From: Caecitellus pseudoparvulus
Taxonomy: Eukaryota; Protista; Bigyra: Bicosoecida
Reading direction: 5' to 3'
NCBI GenBank assembly: GCA_965644315.1
Contig: CBFFRQ010000053.1
Span: forward strand, 186,001 to 250,000
DNA length: 64,000 bases
A program made the translations under genes and the position numbers. A model generated the notes under the pieces. That model was not told the DNA's origin. It made no database searches and worked only from the letters and a program-made list of their open reading frames with translations. Numbering within the stretch: the first letter of the stretch is position 1; each line of letters opens with the position of its first letter. Shown in pieces: positions 46,786 to 58,400 of this stretch.

Positions 46786-48431
46786 CATGCAATGGCCAGG
46801 GCAACCCACGCCACCGCCGCAGACAGCAAGAACAGCGCCACAGATGCGAACGGCACCCACCAGTACGTGGGGATGCCAGGGCCACCCTCGCCCAACTTGG
46901 CGGCTCCGTGCCAGTCGGTGTGCAGCGAGCGCAGCAGCAGCTGCAAGGAAGAGAAGCCAAGCAAGGCGGTTTGCCAAGCCCACCCCGCAACGTTGCGTTT
47001 GTGCACGGCAGCAACCACGGCAGCGACGCCTGCATCCACGACATGGGCGGTGATGGCGCCCCACGAAATGGCTTGGAAGAGGGTTGGCACGGAGGAGCGC
47101 AGCTCCGCCCCCCCCACGTGCAGGGAGCAAGTGAGAAGGCTGCCCAGCCGGACCAGCACATCGGCACTGGGCGCCGCGATGATGAGGGCTTCGAGGGCAT
47201 CGTACAGGCCGCCCCAGTTCCACGCGATCGCGAAAGTGGCCAGGAGACCAACCAGCGTCCCCACTTGCACGCCCAGCGGCGGGCCGTGAACACGCCCATC
47301 ATAGCCCTCTGCCCGGTAGTGCGCGACGAGGCGCAAGAGGTTCTCCTCCACGCTGCGGACGGGCCGCCAGCCAAGGTCCCGCTTCGCCGCGTCGCATACG
47401 TAGTGGTTGTCCAGGCTCAACTTTCGCAGGTCGGCCAGGGACAGGAAGGGCTCCGCCCCCACCCAGCCAGCGACGGTTTGCATGACAGCCGCCACCGGCA
47501 CCATGACTTCATCTGGCACGTGGAAGGCCGGGGGGGACGTCGCGAGGGTGAGGGAGGCCCAGCGAGCCTCATCTTCCACCAAGTGCGCCGGCGCCACACG
47601 CGCCTCCGGGGTCATCCACCGGTGCCAGAAGGGCGCTGGGAAACCCAAGCCCGCGAGGATGGGTGTGAAGAACTCCATGGTGCTGTACGCACGTCCATCT
47701 GTAATGAAGTACGCGTTGCCGTTCACCTGGTCGCGGTGCTGCGGGTCTGCCAGGCGGTCGTCGGCAGCTCGGAAGGCAGCCACCAAGTTGTCCACGTGCG
47801 TGAAGTCAGTGTCACCCGACACTCCAAACGGCACACCAGAGAACCCGGCAACTGCCACCTTGAGCAGCTTCGGCAGGTGGTGTGCCTCGCCAGGTCCCCA
47901 GATGCCATTGGGTCGCAGCGCCACGGTGGCGAAGGAGGCGCAGGCGGCGTCCACCACAGCAGCCTCTGCCAGGGCCTTGGAGCGACTGTACGCGTCATTG
48001 TGCTGCTGCGGAATAGGGCACGCCTCTGTCTCCCCTGAGATGTGCCGGTCGCCGCCAAACACCACGCCAGTGCTGCTGGCGAGGATGAACCGATCTGCGC
48101 CTGCGCGCTTGGCCGCTTGCAGCAGCTGCTGGGTGCCTTTCACGTTCACCTCGTGCACGATGGAGGCAGAGACGGCTGCAGGCAGGTTGAATGGCACCAC
48201 TGCAGCGGTGTGCATGACGCAGGTGACGCCTTGAACGGCGGCCTCCACCGCGTCAGTGGACGTGATGTCACACTCGCACCACTCCACTGACTCTGGGAGG
48301 CTCTCTGGCCGCCGCACATCGCCTGCCCGCACACGGCACCCGCTTTCGGCAAGACTGCGCACGAGGGCAGCGCCCGTGAAGCCTGCTGCACCCGTCACCA
48401 GGTACAGCGGCTGGCTCTCTCTTCCATCCAT
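46785..48431 (-). CDS. 3-beta-hydroxysteroid dehydrogenase/decarboxylase-like extended SDR (SDR42E) with C-terminal TMEM254/DUF4499-like membrane domain
   Basis: VTGAAGFTG, NVKGT, YSRSKALAE (YxxxK), LRPNGIWGPGE, DFTHVDNLV, G.AYFITDG; C-terminal 'H..DA…WAWQTALLGFSSL.LL'. Confidence 0.85.
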   Translation of the reverse strand: MDGRESQPLYLVTGAAGFTGAALVRSLAESGCRVRAGDVRRPESLPESVEWCECDITSTDAVEAAVQGVTCVMHTAAVVPFNLPAAVSASIVHEVNVKGTQQLLQAAKRAGADRFILASSTGVVFGGDRHISGETEACPIPQQHNDAYSRSKALAEAAVVDAACASFATVALRPNGIWGPGEAHHLPKLLKVAVAGFSGVPFGVSGDTDFTHVDNLVAAFRAADDRLADPQHRDQVNGNAYFITDGRAYSTMEFFTPILAGLGFPAPFWHRWMTPEARVAPAHLVEDEARWASLTLATSPPAFHVPDEVMVPVAAVMQTVAGWVGAEPFLSLADLRKLSLDNHYVCDAAKRDLGWRPVRSVEENLLRLVAHYRAEGYDGRVHGPPLGVQVGTLVGLLATFAIAWNWGGLYDALEALIIAAPSADVLVRLGSLLTCSLHVGGAELRSSVPTLFQAISWGAITAHVVDAGVAAVVAAVHKRNVAGWAWQTALLGFSSLQLLLRSLHTDWHGAAKLGEGGPGIPTYWWVPFASVALFLLSAAVAWVALAIA

Positions 48432-48541
48432 CCTGCGGAAATCGCTTCCAGCGCCCAACCCGAACCGCAAGCTGTGCATGCAAGGGTGTGGGAGGGGGCG
48501 TGGCGAGGGAACCGGCAGGCAGAGAGAATTTCTACAGTGTA

Positions 48542-49666
48542 TTATTTTCGACGCTTGCTCTTGCCGCCCCTGACGCCCTCCACGCCGTACACCACCAGGA
48601 GCTTGTCTTGCAGTGACTTGGGCACGACTCCCTCCCGGATCAGTTCCGGCTTGGGGGGGACGAAGTACCACACGTGCACCCCGTCGCCCGCCTTGACCAC
48701 CGCTGCACGGTCGCGCTTCAGCAGGTCCTTCACAGCCTTCCTGAAGCCCTGCTCGTCCACCTCCGGGTCGGCGGGCTGGCAGGCCATGTACTGTCGCTCC
48801 GCCTTGCTGGGCCACCACGTCTTCTTGCTGTCCAAGTGAGCCCGCCCGATGACGTCAAAGGGCAGCGGGTACACAGCCGCACTGGGGTCCCCTCCCTTGC
48901 CCACTGCCTCCAGCGTCGCGTTGAAGACGCAGTTGGGCGCGTACTGCACCAGGACGCTGGTTGGCGGGTGGGAGGCATAGCCACCCCCCTGCCCACTGGG
49001 GGCCACCCCTCCTCCACCCGCAGCAGGTGCAGGGGGCATGCCTTGCAGCAGGCTGCCCCCTTGCGCCAGCCCAGCACTGGGCTGCGTCCCGGGCTGGTCC
49101 GCCGTCGGCGGCGGCGGCGGCGGCAGGGGCAAGGGGGCCGGTGCGTCGTACCTCCCGGGCCCGACTCGGCCAGCATCGCCTCCGTACCCCACCTCGCTGC
49201 GTCCCATCTGCCCATGTGAGGGCCAGGCTGGCCTGTTGCTGCGTGAATGCTGCAGTGGTTCAGAGTCCCCAAACAGGTCATCACTGTCACTGTCGCCACC
49301 CCCTCCAGCGCTGGCATGCACTGGGCGAAGTCCCGAGACTGGAGCCCCCCGTAGATCAGGCGCTGGCATGGGCCCACCTTGAGCAATGCCAGCGCTGTTG
49401 TGTGCTGCGTGGTGGTGAGTCGCTGGCGGTGGTCCCGGCCTGTGCATGGCGTGCCCAGGCGGTGGACCAAGCACTCCACCACCGGCACTGCGTTGTGGCT
49501 GTGTCTCGACTGTGCGCGGCGGTGCCTGGGCTGCACCGCCAGGGCTCTGGGCTGTCGCCCAAGCGGGGCGAGTGCGGTTCAAGCCTCGCCCTCGGCCCCG
49601 GCCTGGGGGAGGCCCCCTGTGCATGCCAGGCTGCCCATGAGGCGGCCCACGGGGGTGGAAGCTCAT
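48542..49666 (-). CDS. SPOC-domain protein with RGG/Pro-rich N-terminus
   Basis: GRGRGRG…PAW motif, then the C-terminal 'FDVIGR…FRKAVKDLLKRDRAAVV…WYFVPP…LLVVY' SPOC pattern. Confidence 0.65.
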   Translation of the reverse strand: MSFHPRGPPHGQPGMHRGPPPGRGRGRGLNRTRPAWATAQSPGGAAQAPPRTVETQPQRSAGGGVLGPPPGHAMHRPGPPPATHHHAAHNSAGIAQGGPMPAPDLRGAPVSGLRPVHASAGGGGDSDSDDLFGDSEPLQHSRSNRPAWPSHGQMGRSEVGYGGDAGRVGPGRYDAPAPLPLPPPPPPTADQPGTQPSAGLAQGGSLLQGMPPAPAAGGGGVAPSGQGGGYASHPPTSVLVQYAPNCVFNATLEAVGKGGDPSAAVYPLPFDVIGRAHLDSKKTWWPSKAERQYMACQPADPEVDEQGFRKAVKDLLKRDRAAVVKAGDGVHVWYFVPPKPELIREGVVPKSLQDKLLVVYGVEGVRGGKSKRRK

Positions 49667-50256
49667 AAATGCGGTCAGAGTCTGCAGCAAAAGGTGGTAA
49701 AGTGGCGGGGAGGCGACCAGAAGCGACGCAGGACAGGCGCTCGTTGCCGCGGAATTTGAGTGCTGTGCTTGCGCAACCTGGGCACAGCTTGGCTTGCCAG
49801 GGAAGGCGCTCGTCTTGCGAGCCTAGCAAAGACAAGGACAAGGCCCTTGGGCACGCGGATGGGATGCGGTAGAGTATTTTGGTGATGTGCTGAGGTCCCG
49901 CGGGGGCATGAAAGTGCAGTGTCTGAGCTGGGCCTGTAGAAAAAGCCGATGCGTCTGTCTTCGCACAGGGCAAGCCACAGTCACAATTCACTGTAGATGC
50001 AGATGATCAAGGGCATGGGTTTATTCGCCGGACACACACAGCGCCTTTGTGCCCGCATTTCCTTGAAGCACAGGTGTGGCACAGGGGAAGCAGGCTGGGG
50101 AAACTCCAGCGAAACACCCACTCCGAAAGGCCTCTTCCCTTCACAAGGGAAGCCTGAGGCCGCATTCCTTCCTGACCCAGCAACGCAAGTGAAGGCGAAC
50201 TATCGGGTCAGCTTGCTGCACGCTGATCTCACGCAGCCGCTCCAGTATATTGCACC

Positions 50257-51771
50257 ATGGCGGCAGCAGTGAACATGACAGATGACGGGCGTGTGCTGCC
50301 TGAGGCAGGGCACCAGCGCCCCTGCCACTACGCGCTGCTGGGCTTAGAGGAGACGGCAGAGATGGGGAAAGTGAAGAAGGCGTTCTTCAAGAAGGCCCTG
50401 AAGTGGCACCCTGACAAGAACAGCAGTCCAGAGGCCGCCGAGTACATGAAGCTGTTGCAGGAGGCGTACGAGACGCTGAGTGACCCACAGGAGCGCGCTT
50501 GGTACGACGCACACCGATCCTCCATCCTGCGAGGGGGCAAGCCAGGGGAGGGGGGTGAAGGTGGCGACGCTGAGGACATCTTGGTGGACGTGTTCCAGTT
50601 CTTCTCGGCCTCGGCGTACTCGGGCATGGACGGCCCAGAAGGCTACTATGCTGTGTTCAGGGGGGTGTTCCGGCGCATTGCCGCGGAAGAGGCCAAGTAC
50701 GCAGAGGGAGCGTACACATCTCCTACCAAGAGCGACGGCCTGCCGCCAGCGTTCGGCTCGGCCGAGACGTCGGCGGAAGACGTGCGGGGATTCTACGCGC
50801 ACTGGCTGGCATTCGCGAGCGGCATGACATTTGCGTGGGCCGACAAGTACTACCTGCCAGACGCACCCGACCGCTGGGTGAAGCGCCGCATGGAAGCAGA
50901 GAACAAGAAACTGCGCAAGGCTGCGAGGCAGGCGCGCAGCGAGGAAGTGCGGCAGCTGGTGCGGTGGGTGCGCCGGCGAGACCCACGTGTGAAGGCGGCA
51001 GAGGCGGAGGCCGCAGCGCAAGAGGCAGCGCGCCTGGCGGCGGTGGCAGCGAAGCAGGAAGCTGAGAAGGCAGCCCGTGCCGCTGAGCTGGCTGCAGCTG
51101 TGGAGGCGTACGAGGAGTTGGCTGCAGAGCAGGAGGAGTACGAGGCTAGCCGGTCGGTGTTCGTGCTGGGGGACGAGGAGGAGGAGGAGGGCGGTGGGCG
51201 GGGGCGACGGCGGAAGAAGAAGGGCCGGAAGGGTGCCAGCGCGTCTCCATCGCATGACGCTGCTGCGTCCTCTGGCTCCCAGCTGGCTGCTGGCGTGCCC
51301 ATGGGCCAGCACGCGACGGGGTCGGACGACGACGGCGCAGCGGAGGCGACATCTGGTTCGCCCACGCCCGCTGCTGGGGCACCGTCCGAGCAGCAACCTT
51401 CACGAGGCAAGAAGAAGGGCAAGAAGAAGGGCAAGAAGAAGGGCAAAGCCAGCGCGGGTGATGAGGAGGGTGGCAGTGGGGGTGAAGGCGCTGCGAAGGC
51501 GGCGCCGACAGCGGAGGAGCTCGCGGCTGCAGAAGCGGCCAAGAAGGCCGCCCAGCTCGCACGGCGAGCCAAGAGAAAGGCCAAGGCCGCTGCGAAGGCA
51601 GGCGCCAAGCCGGCCGGGAAGGCGCCTGCTGCCCCGCAGCCGGCAGCCGCTGCAGGTGGCAGGGTGGCCATTGATACGGAGACGACGTGCGGTATCTGCG
51701 GGGCTGAGTTCAAGACCCGCAACAAGCTGTTCACGCACATCAAGAAGACTGGGCACGCCATGTTGAAATGA
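50257..51771 (+). CDS. DNAJC21: DnaJ protein DNAJC21/Jjj1 (60S maturation co-chaperone); intronless
   Basis: J domain with WHPDKN, 'LSDPQERAWYD.HR', 'FY..W..F…F.WAD.Y….APDR..KR.ME.ENKK.R', 'VRRRDPRV', C-terminal C2H2 finger. Confidence 0.92.
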   Translation: MAAAVNMTDDGRVLPEAGHQRPCHYALLGLEETAEMGKVKKAFFKKALKWHPDKNSSPEAAEYMKLLQEAYETLSDPQERAWYDAHRSSILRGGKPGEGGEGGDAEDILVDVFQFFSASAYSGMDGPEGYYAVFRGVFRRIAAEEAKYAEGAYTSPTKSDGLPPAFGSAETSAEDVRGFYAHWLAFASGMTFAWADKYYLPDAPDRWVKRRMEAENKKLRKAARQARSEEVRQLVRWVRRRDPRVKAAEAEAAAQEAARLAAVAAKQEAEKAARAAELAAAVEAYEELAAEQEEYEASRSVFVLGDEEEEEGGGRGRRRKKKGRKGASASPSHDAAASSGSQLAAGVPMGQHATGSDDDGAAEATSGSPTPAAGAPSEQQPSRGKKKGKKKGKKKGKASAGDEEGGSGGEGAAKAAPTAEELAAAEAAKKAAQLARRAKRKAKAAAKAGAKPAGKAPAAPQPAAAAGGRVAIDTETTCGICGAEFKTRNKLFTHIKKTGHAMLK

Positions 51772-51776
51772 TGCCC

Positions 51777-51790
51777 CAATGCATGCATTG
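51777..51790. terminator. Perfect 14-bp palindrome CAATGCATGCATTG, putative bidirectional 3'-end signal
   Basis: Between convergent stops at 51771 and 51807. Confidence 0.7.
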
Positions 51791-51806
51791 CAGCGCTGCC
51801 CCAGGC

Positions 51807-54715
51807 TCACGTGCTCCCGAAACGCGTCTGCTGAATGGCCGGCGGCAGTGCCGCACGCATGCGCGCCAGGTCCGCCTCAAACACCACGACGGCAGGCACG
51901 CCACCCTGCTGCCCCATGCCGGCGGCAGCCATGACCATGCTGTACTTGGAGGAGATGCGGAAGTTCGGCGAGGGCCCAGCAGCCTTGGAGTGCTTGCCCG
52001 CGTCAGCCAGCCCCAGCGCCGTGCGAGGTTCGTTGCCTTCAGCCATGGCGGCAGGGCAGGGGGCACAGGTCAAGTCCACCGCCACGACGTTGCGGTGCAT
52101 GACCAGCAGCAGGCTCGTGGGGCTCAGCCACACGATGGAGTGCACGCTGGCGCCTCGTGCACAGCGGTTCAAGTAGTACGCCGGCAGGGCGTGCATGTGC
52201 TCCCGCGACCACGGCGTGAGCGTGCCGGTGTCGGCCTGGAACACCGCCAGGCGCCCGTCTGCGCCCACCACCGCCAGCACCACGCTGCCATCGTCACCCT
52301 CCTGCCCAAACGCCAGGGCGGAGGGGTGTGGCACGACTGCTGGCAGCACCACGTGGAATGCCCGTGCACCGGCCTCTGCCGGAACACTCGTGTCCACGAC
52401 ATGCACGCGGCCTGCCGTGTCCACCACCGCCACACGGCGACCTGTCGCAGAGCAAGCCACGAGGGCGCCCCCCGCAGCGAACTGCGCGATGCCGGAGGCT
52501 GCCCGCGCAGGGGCGGCCTTGCCTCGCACGCGTTTGGCAGGGTGGGGCGCCGCCGCAGCGCGCTTGGCACGCCCTCGCTTGGTGCCTCGCCCAGGCAGCG
52601 GCGCAGGGGGCGTCGTCGGCTCTGACTCGTCGTCAGCCTCTGCATCGTCGTCCGAGTCACTGCCCGATGCGGCAGGTCGCAGCGCAGCCTGTGGCAGGCG
52701 GTACGTCGCCGCCCGGCGGACAATGGCGCCTGGGGCATAGGGCAGGCGACCGCCCCCGCCCTCCTCCTCTTCATCACTCTCGCTGTCGCTGTCGCTGGCA
52801 GCAGAGGAGGCAGATGCAGTGCTGCTGCCTGAATCGCTGCTGCTGTCCGAGTCACTGCTGCTGTCTGAGTCACTGCTGTCGCTGTCAGCTGACGAGTCAC
52901 TCGCAGCGCCGGCACCGGTCCCTGAGCGAGCAGCTCCCCCCTCACTGTCGCTGCTGCCGTCGTCTGAGGCCTTGTTCTCCGTCAAGGTCAGCATGTGCAC
53001 TGCCCCGTCAGTGGTGCAGACGGCGATGGCGTCGGTGCTGGGCACTGCCACCGCGGCGATGCCTGCGCCGAGGGGGGGGCTCCACGCCACCCGCGCGCGA
53101 TGGAAGGCGTCGTGGTCTGCGTCAGGCCCCGCCACGCGCACGAGCACTGTGAGCTCCTCATCCGCAGCGTAGGCAAGGGTGGCGCCACAGGGCGACATGC
53201 CCACCGCGGCGATGTGGGAGACACCGGCAGAGGCAACGGCTGCCCTCATGCGAGGGGCTGCCTTGCCAGTGCCGGCACCGGCGCTCGCCAAGCGCACATC
53301 GGCCATGGCCCCCAGGCCCCACACTTCCAAGTGCGTGTCGTGGCGCACCAGTGCCAGCGCAGCGGCTGCCGCGTCACTGCTGTGGCGCAGGGAGTGCGCC
53401 ACATGGATGGAGCTGGGCGGGGGCAGGGGGGGCAGGGACGTCACGTGCCTGTGGAATTCGCCCACACGGGCCAGGACGAGGGAGCCGTCGTCCCCCGCGC
53501 TCAGCACCAGGGGCACGGTGCCGCCATGGGGCGTCAGGGGCACCTCCCCACCGCCCACTTGCTGCGCTGCAGAGGCAGCGGCCTTCGCTGCCTTGGCGGC
53601 TCGGCGCGTGTGCCCAGGCATGAAGCTGTTGCTGGTGGTGGCACGTGGCGCCAGCGCCAGGGCCAGGCCGCGCACGTCATGGCTGTGCTCCCTGTGCTCC
53701 TCTGAGACGGTCCAGGACTGGCCTTGGCGGGAGATGAGGGATACCTTGCCGTCGTTGGATCCGGCAGCCAGGACTGCAGTGACGTCCCCCACCGCGACGC
53801 CGTCGTCGGGGGCGGGCTCCCACGCTGCCAGCGTGTACACGTCCGTCTTGTGGTGGGCCATGGTGGCCACTGGCGTCCCGGACTGGCCGTCCCACACCGT
53901 CACCTGGCCGTAGTTGTCCCCCGTCGCCACGGTGAAGTCCGCCAGCACCGCCAGGCTCCACACGAGGCTGGGTGCGGCGGAGGGGGAGGGCAGGGTGAAG
54001 CGCATGGCCACGCGGCCGAAGCTGGGGGAGCCCTCCCGCAGGTCCCACCCACACACGACGCCACTGGAAGAGCCTGCAAACACCACGGCCTCTGTCGGGT
54101 GCCAGGCGGCGCAGAGGGCGCGGGAGCCCAGGCCTGCCAGCCCACGCTGCCAGGTGATGGCGCCCCCCTCCGTCGTGTGGATGTTCACCCGCCCGTCATC
54201 ACTGGCAGCAGCCAGCAGGCCGTGGTGAGGCGCTGCGGCGAGGCGCCACACGGCGCCGCCGTACGAGTGCAGCTTGTTCTTGTAGGCAGACTTGGTGAAG
54301 TCCACCTCGCTGATGTGCCCCGTCAGGCCGCCGACGAAGCACCTGTCGCTGAACTCGTCCTTCGTCCCCGATGAACTCACATCTGCCATCCATGCGATGG
54401 TTGTGACGCTGGCTGCGGAGGAACCTGGCAGGCTCTGCGGGTGTGCGGCGCGAGAGGGAGCAATGCATGGGTGTGTTCCCAAGTTCCGCAGGCAACAATT
54501 TCCGCAAGGCACCTGCCGCCGCCATGCGTACGCACCAGCACTGGCACGATGTGCGAGCTGTCCAGGATGCGGAAGACAGCCACTTCAGCATTGCTGTATG
54601 ACACGGCCAGCAGCTTGGACGAGGGGGAGGCAGCCAGGCACGTCACACGCCGCGGCCGAAAGTCCAGGAACCTGGCCCGGTGCACTGCCACGGCAGTGGA
54701 AGGCTTGCTCGACAT
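51807..54715 (-). CDS. UTP4: U3 snoRNP / SSU processome WD40 protein UTP4 (cirhin); 2 exons
   Basis: N-terminal 'VHRARFLDFRP..VTCLA', 'SYGGAVW', 'H.HDVR.L', C-terminal 'NFRI..KY…V.E…….LPP…..FG'. Intron ~54535-54435. Confidence 0.88.
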
Positions 54716-55135
54716 TGCGGGAATGCCAGAGGGTCGCCAGGGGTGCTCAGGCCCTTCTTCGTGAAGGGGTCGCTGCCTGCACGAGGATCTCGAGGGCAGG
54801 GCTGGCTCCAGGAGGAAGCGAGGATCAAGGTGGTGGATTGAGCACCGCGCACTCTCAGCTGCAAGTGCCACCTCCTGTGTCACAAGTGCCACAGCCCAGA
54901 GAGCTCTTGCGATGTTCTGACGTGCTAGGCGAACTCACACCTTGCGTTGGGCTGCGCATTGTGGCGTGCAGGTGCTTCTGGTGCAGCGCAGGTCGATGCG
55001 CCTTCAGCTGCGGGACGCCCATGCGTGCGCAGTGGCTTGCCCGCCTCAAATCCAAACCCTCACCCCGAAAAACACCCAGCGAATGGGCTTCCCCTGTGAA
55101 CATCCATGCTCTCTGGTCCACAACACTGGCATGCG

Positions 55136-58082
55136 ATGGCTTCATCCCTGCGTTTGTGGGGTTTGCTGAGTGCTCTGGCGTTTTTGGGGCACTGCACTTT
55201 GCACAGCCACGCCAAAGTCATCGACCTGGGGGGTACCTGGCAGGTCCACAATGACATTGGCAACGTCTCCATCGAAGCCAGCGTTCCAGGCCAAGTACAC
55301 ACGGACCTCCTCGCAGCCGGAGGTGTGTCCCCGCCCCAGCCCGTCCCGCCTCAGCCGCAAAGCGAACCACAACCCCCTCACCGCAGTGATCGGCGAGCCC
55401 TACTTTGCATATGGCGACGCAGAGTACAACTGGGTCGCCATGCAGAACTGGACATACACCAGGAAGTTCGAGGTGGAGGCTGTGCGGGGCAGCAACGTGA
55501 CCCTCGTCGCGTCGGGGCTCAACACAGTCGCAGAAGTCCGCGTCAACGGCGCCGTCGTGCTGCGAGCGGACAACATGTTCCGGGAGTGGGTGGCTGACAT
55601 CACTGCTGCTGTGAGCACTCAGTCCACAAACGTCATTTCAGTCCGTTTTGTCTCCTCAGTGCTGGCTGCTGCGGAGCAGTATGCGGCGCATGCAGCTGGG
55701 CCCTGGGCGCAGCAGGCGGCGCAGGAGGCTGCGCAGGCAAACGGGAGCTTCTGGCCGCAGTGGGGCGTGCCGCCGCAGTGCCCACCTCCAGAATACCACG
55801 GATTCTGCTACTTTAACATGCTGCGCACTGAGCCGTGTTCGGCGGGGTGGGACTGGGGCCCTGCGTTTGCGCCTGTGGGCATTTACTTGCCACTCACGCT
55901 GCAAGTGTTGCCCCCACCAGCCACAGCACCTCTGCAGACCCACCTAAGCAACACAACTGCAGACCTGGCGCCACCCCCTGAATTGGTGCAGCGGTGGCGT
56001 GCACAGGCTGCGCAAAGGGGCCCGCCCGGCCGCGCGAGTGGCAGTCAACATCATTTGCGTGGGCAGTCTGCCCGCCCGTCCGACACTGGCTCTTGGACTC
56101 TCACCGTCCTGACGGACGTGTGGAGCAGCAGTGCGGGGCAAGTGGCGGTGCACGTGCAGGTGGAGGGGGCACAGGCGCTGTGTTCCACCTCGGTGCTCCT
56201 GCGTGCAGGCTTCAATGCCGACGTGGCAGTTTCTTGCGATGTGCACAACCCGCCTCTGTGGTGGCCAGCCGGATACGGGCAGCCTTCCCTGCTGAACGTT
56301 TCTGTCTGGACAGACAGCGAGGGAACACAAGGCAGTAAGACGGCGCTGCGTGTTGGTGCGCGCAGCGTGCAGCTGGTGCAAGACCCATTGCCCGGAGGTC
56401 GCTCGTTCTACTTTGCCGTAAACGGCGTGCCGATCTGGATCAAGGGGGCAAACTGGATCCCAGCAGACGCATTTGAATCCCGGATCACCAGCGAGTACTT
56501 GCGCAGTCTGTTTGCGTCGTATCAGGCGGCGCACTTCAACACCCTGCGCAATTGGGGTGGCGGCGTGTGGCAGGTGGACCAGTTCTACGACATGGCAGAC
56601 GAAGCGGGATTCCTGGTGTGGGAGGAGAACATGTTCGCGTGTGCGCTGTACCCCAACACGACCGCCTTCCTGGAGAATGTAGCAGGGGAGGTGAGGCACC
56701 AGGTGCGCAGGCTGATGCACCACCCCAGCATCCTGCTGTGGGCAGGCAGCAACGAGAACGAGGTGGCCCTGCAAGACAACTGGTACGGCGTGCCCAACGC
56801 ACACAAGTCTGTGTACGAAGGCATGTACACAGACCTCTACTGGGGCACAGTGCGGCCTGCCACAGAGTCCGTGGACACATCCCGCCCCTACCTGGCCTCC
56901 TCTCCCAGCAATGGCAACGAAACTGCAGCCAGCCCGTTGGCCTCCAACCCCGGCTCGCCCCTTGCGGGGGATGTGCACTTCTACGACTACACGGGGAACT
57001 GCTGGGACGACCGGATCTACCCGTGGGCGCGTTTCGCCTCGGAGTTCGGCTTTCAGTCCTGGCCCAGCCTGGCCACGATGGAGAGCGCCTTTCCGCTTGC
57101 AGAGCGGGGCTGGAACTCCCCGCTCATGGCATGGCGGCAGCACCACCCTCAGGGCAGGGCCCAAATCGAAGCCTTCATCGACCGGCACTTCGCCATGCCC
57201 AACGTCAGCACCAGCGACCCCAGCCAGCACTTCGGTTCCATGCTGTGGATGACGCAGCTGTACCAGGCCCTGTGCATGAAACATGAGACGGAGCATTACC
57301 GCCGCCTGCGTGACACTGGCAACGCCCAGCAGGGCGGCTACACCATGGGCACGCTGTACTGGCAGGCGAATGACATCTGGCAGGGGGCGTCCTGGTCCTC
57401 CATCGAGTATGGTGGGCGGTGGAAGATGCTGCACTCCTTTGCCCGGCGCTTCTACTCGCCGTGGCAGGTGCAGCTGGTGCAGGACTTGGGGCAGGGCACG
57501 ATCGCCCTGTGGGGGGTGTGGGATGGTGCTTGGGCCAGCGTGGCGGGGTCCGCCACTGTGCGCATGTGGCACTGGAACGGCACGCTGTGCGGACAGGCCA
57601 CGCTGCCCCTGGCCCTCCCACAGGCCTCAGCGCAGCGCGTGAAGGTGTGGCCCCAGGCGCGGTTCTTGCAAGACCTGGGCTGCCCGGATGCGGGCGCTTG
57701 TGTGGCCACCGTCTCCGCCACCACGTCAGACGGCGCAGCCGGCGGGGACATGGTCAGCGAGAACTTCCTGCTTCTGGCTCCCGATCTCAAGCACATCGGC
57801 GGCTTTGGGGACCCACGCCTGAGCATCTCGGCGAAGGCGACGGGCGAGCAAGGCACGTTCAGTATGTCTGTGGCCCGGGCAGAGGGCGGGCCTGTTGCCG
57901 CCTTCGTCTGGCTGGAGTGTCCCTGTGCGGGCTGGTTCTCGGACAATGGCTTTATCATGACCCGGGATGTCGTGGCCGTCACCTTCGTGACCCTGCCGGG
58001 GTATGGGCCCACTTCTTCAGGCTCTGCGCAGTGTGTGGCGGACTGCACCGTGACGTCGCTGTGGGACAGGTACGCCAGGTAA
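55136..58082 (+). CDS. MANBA: Lysosomal-type beta-mannosidase (GH2); 2 exons
   Basis: Signal peptide, VPGQVHTDL, GWDWGP, KGANWIPAD, R.WGGG, W.GSNENE (acid/base), RFASEFGFQS (nucleophile), YWQ.NDIW. Intron 55323-55386. Confidence 0.93.
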
Positions 58083-58400
58083 ACGTGCCTTGGAAGACAC
58101 ATGCCACGCCCTATGGTGTGCAAGTCTGGGCTGTCGTGGGGCCAGGCTGTTGCAATGCATGACGCGCTGTTGCAAGCGGGATGTTTGTTGCCTTGCCGTG
58201 CGCCTGGCGATTCTGTGCCCCGGGTCTGTGACGTGCCAGCACGCAGAAGGGGGAGACGGCCCTGGATAAAACACAAAATCCAGAAAGTCTAGGCTGTAGC
58301 GTATGAAGTTGCAACCAGAGTAGCCGTGGATTCCCGTCCCACTGCCTTTGTCGCGGCTTGTCTGGGACAGCAGGAGGGAAACGCGAACGAAACTCCGGCC

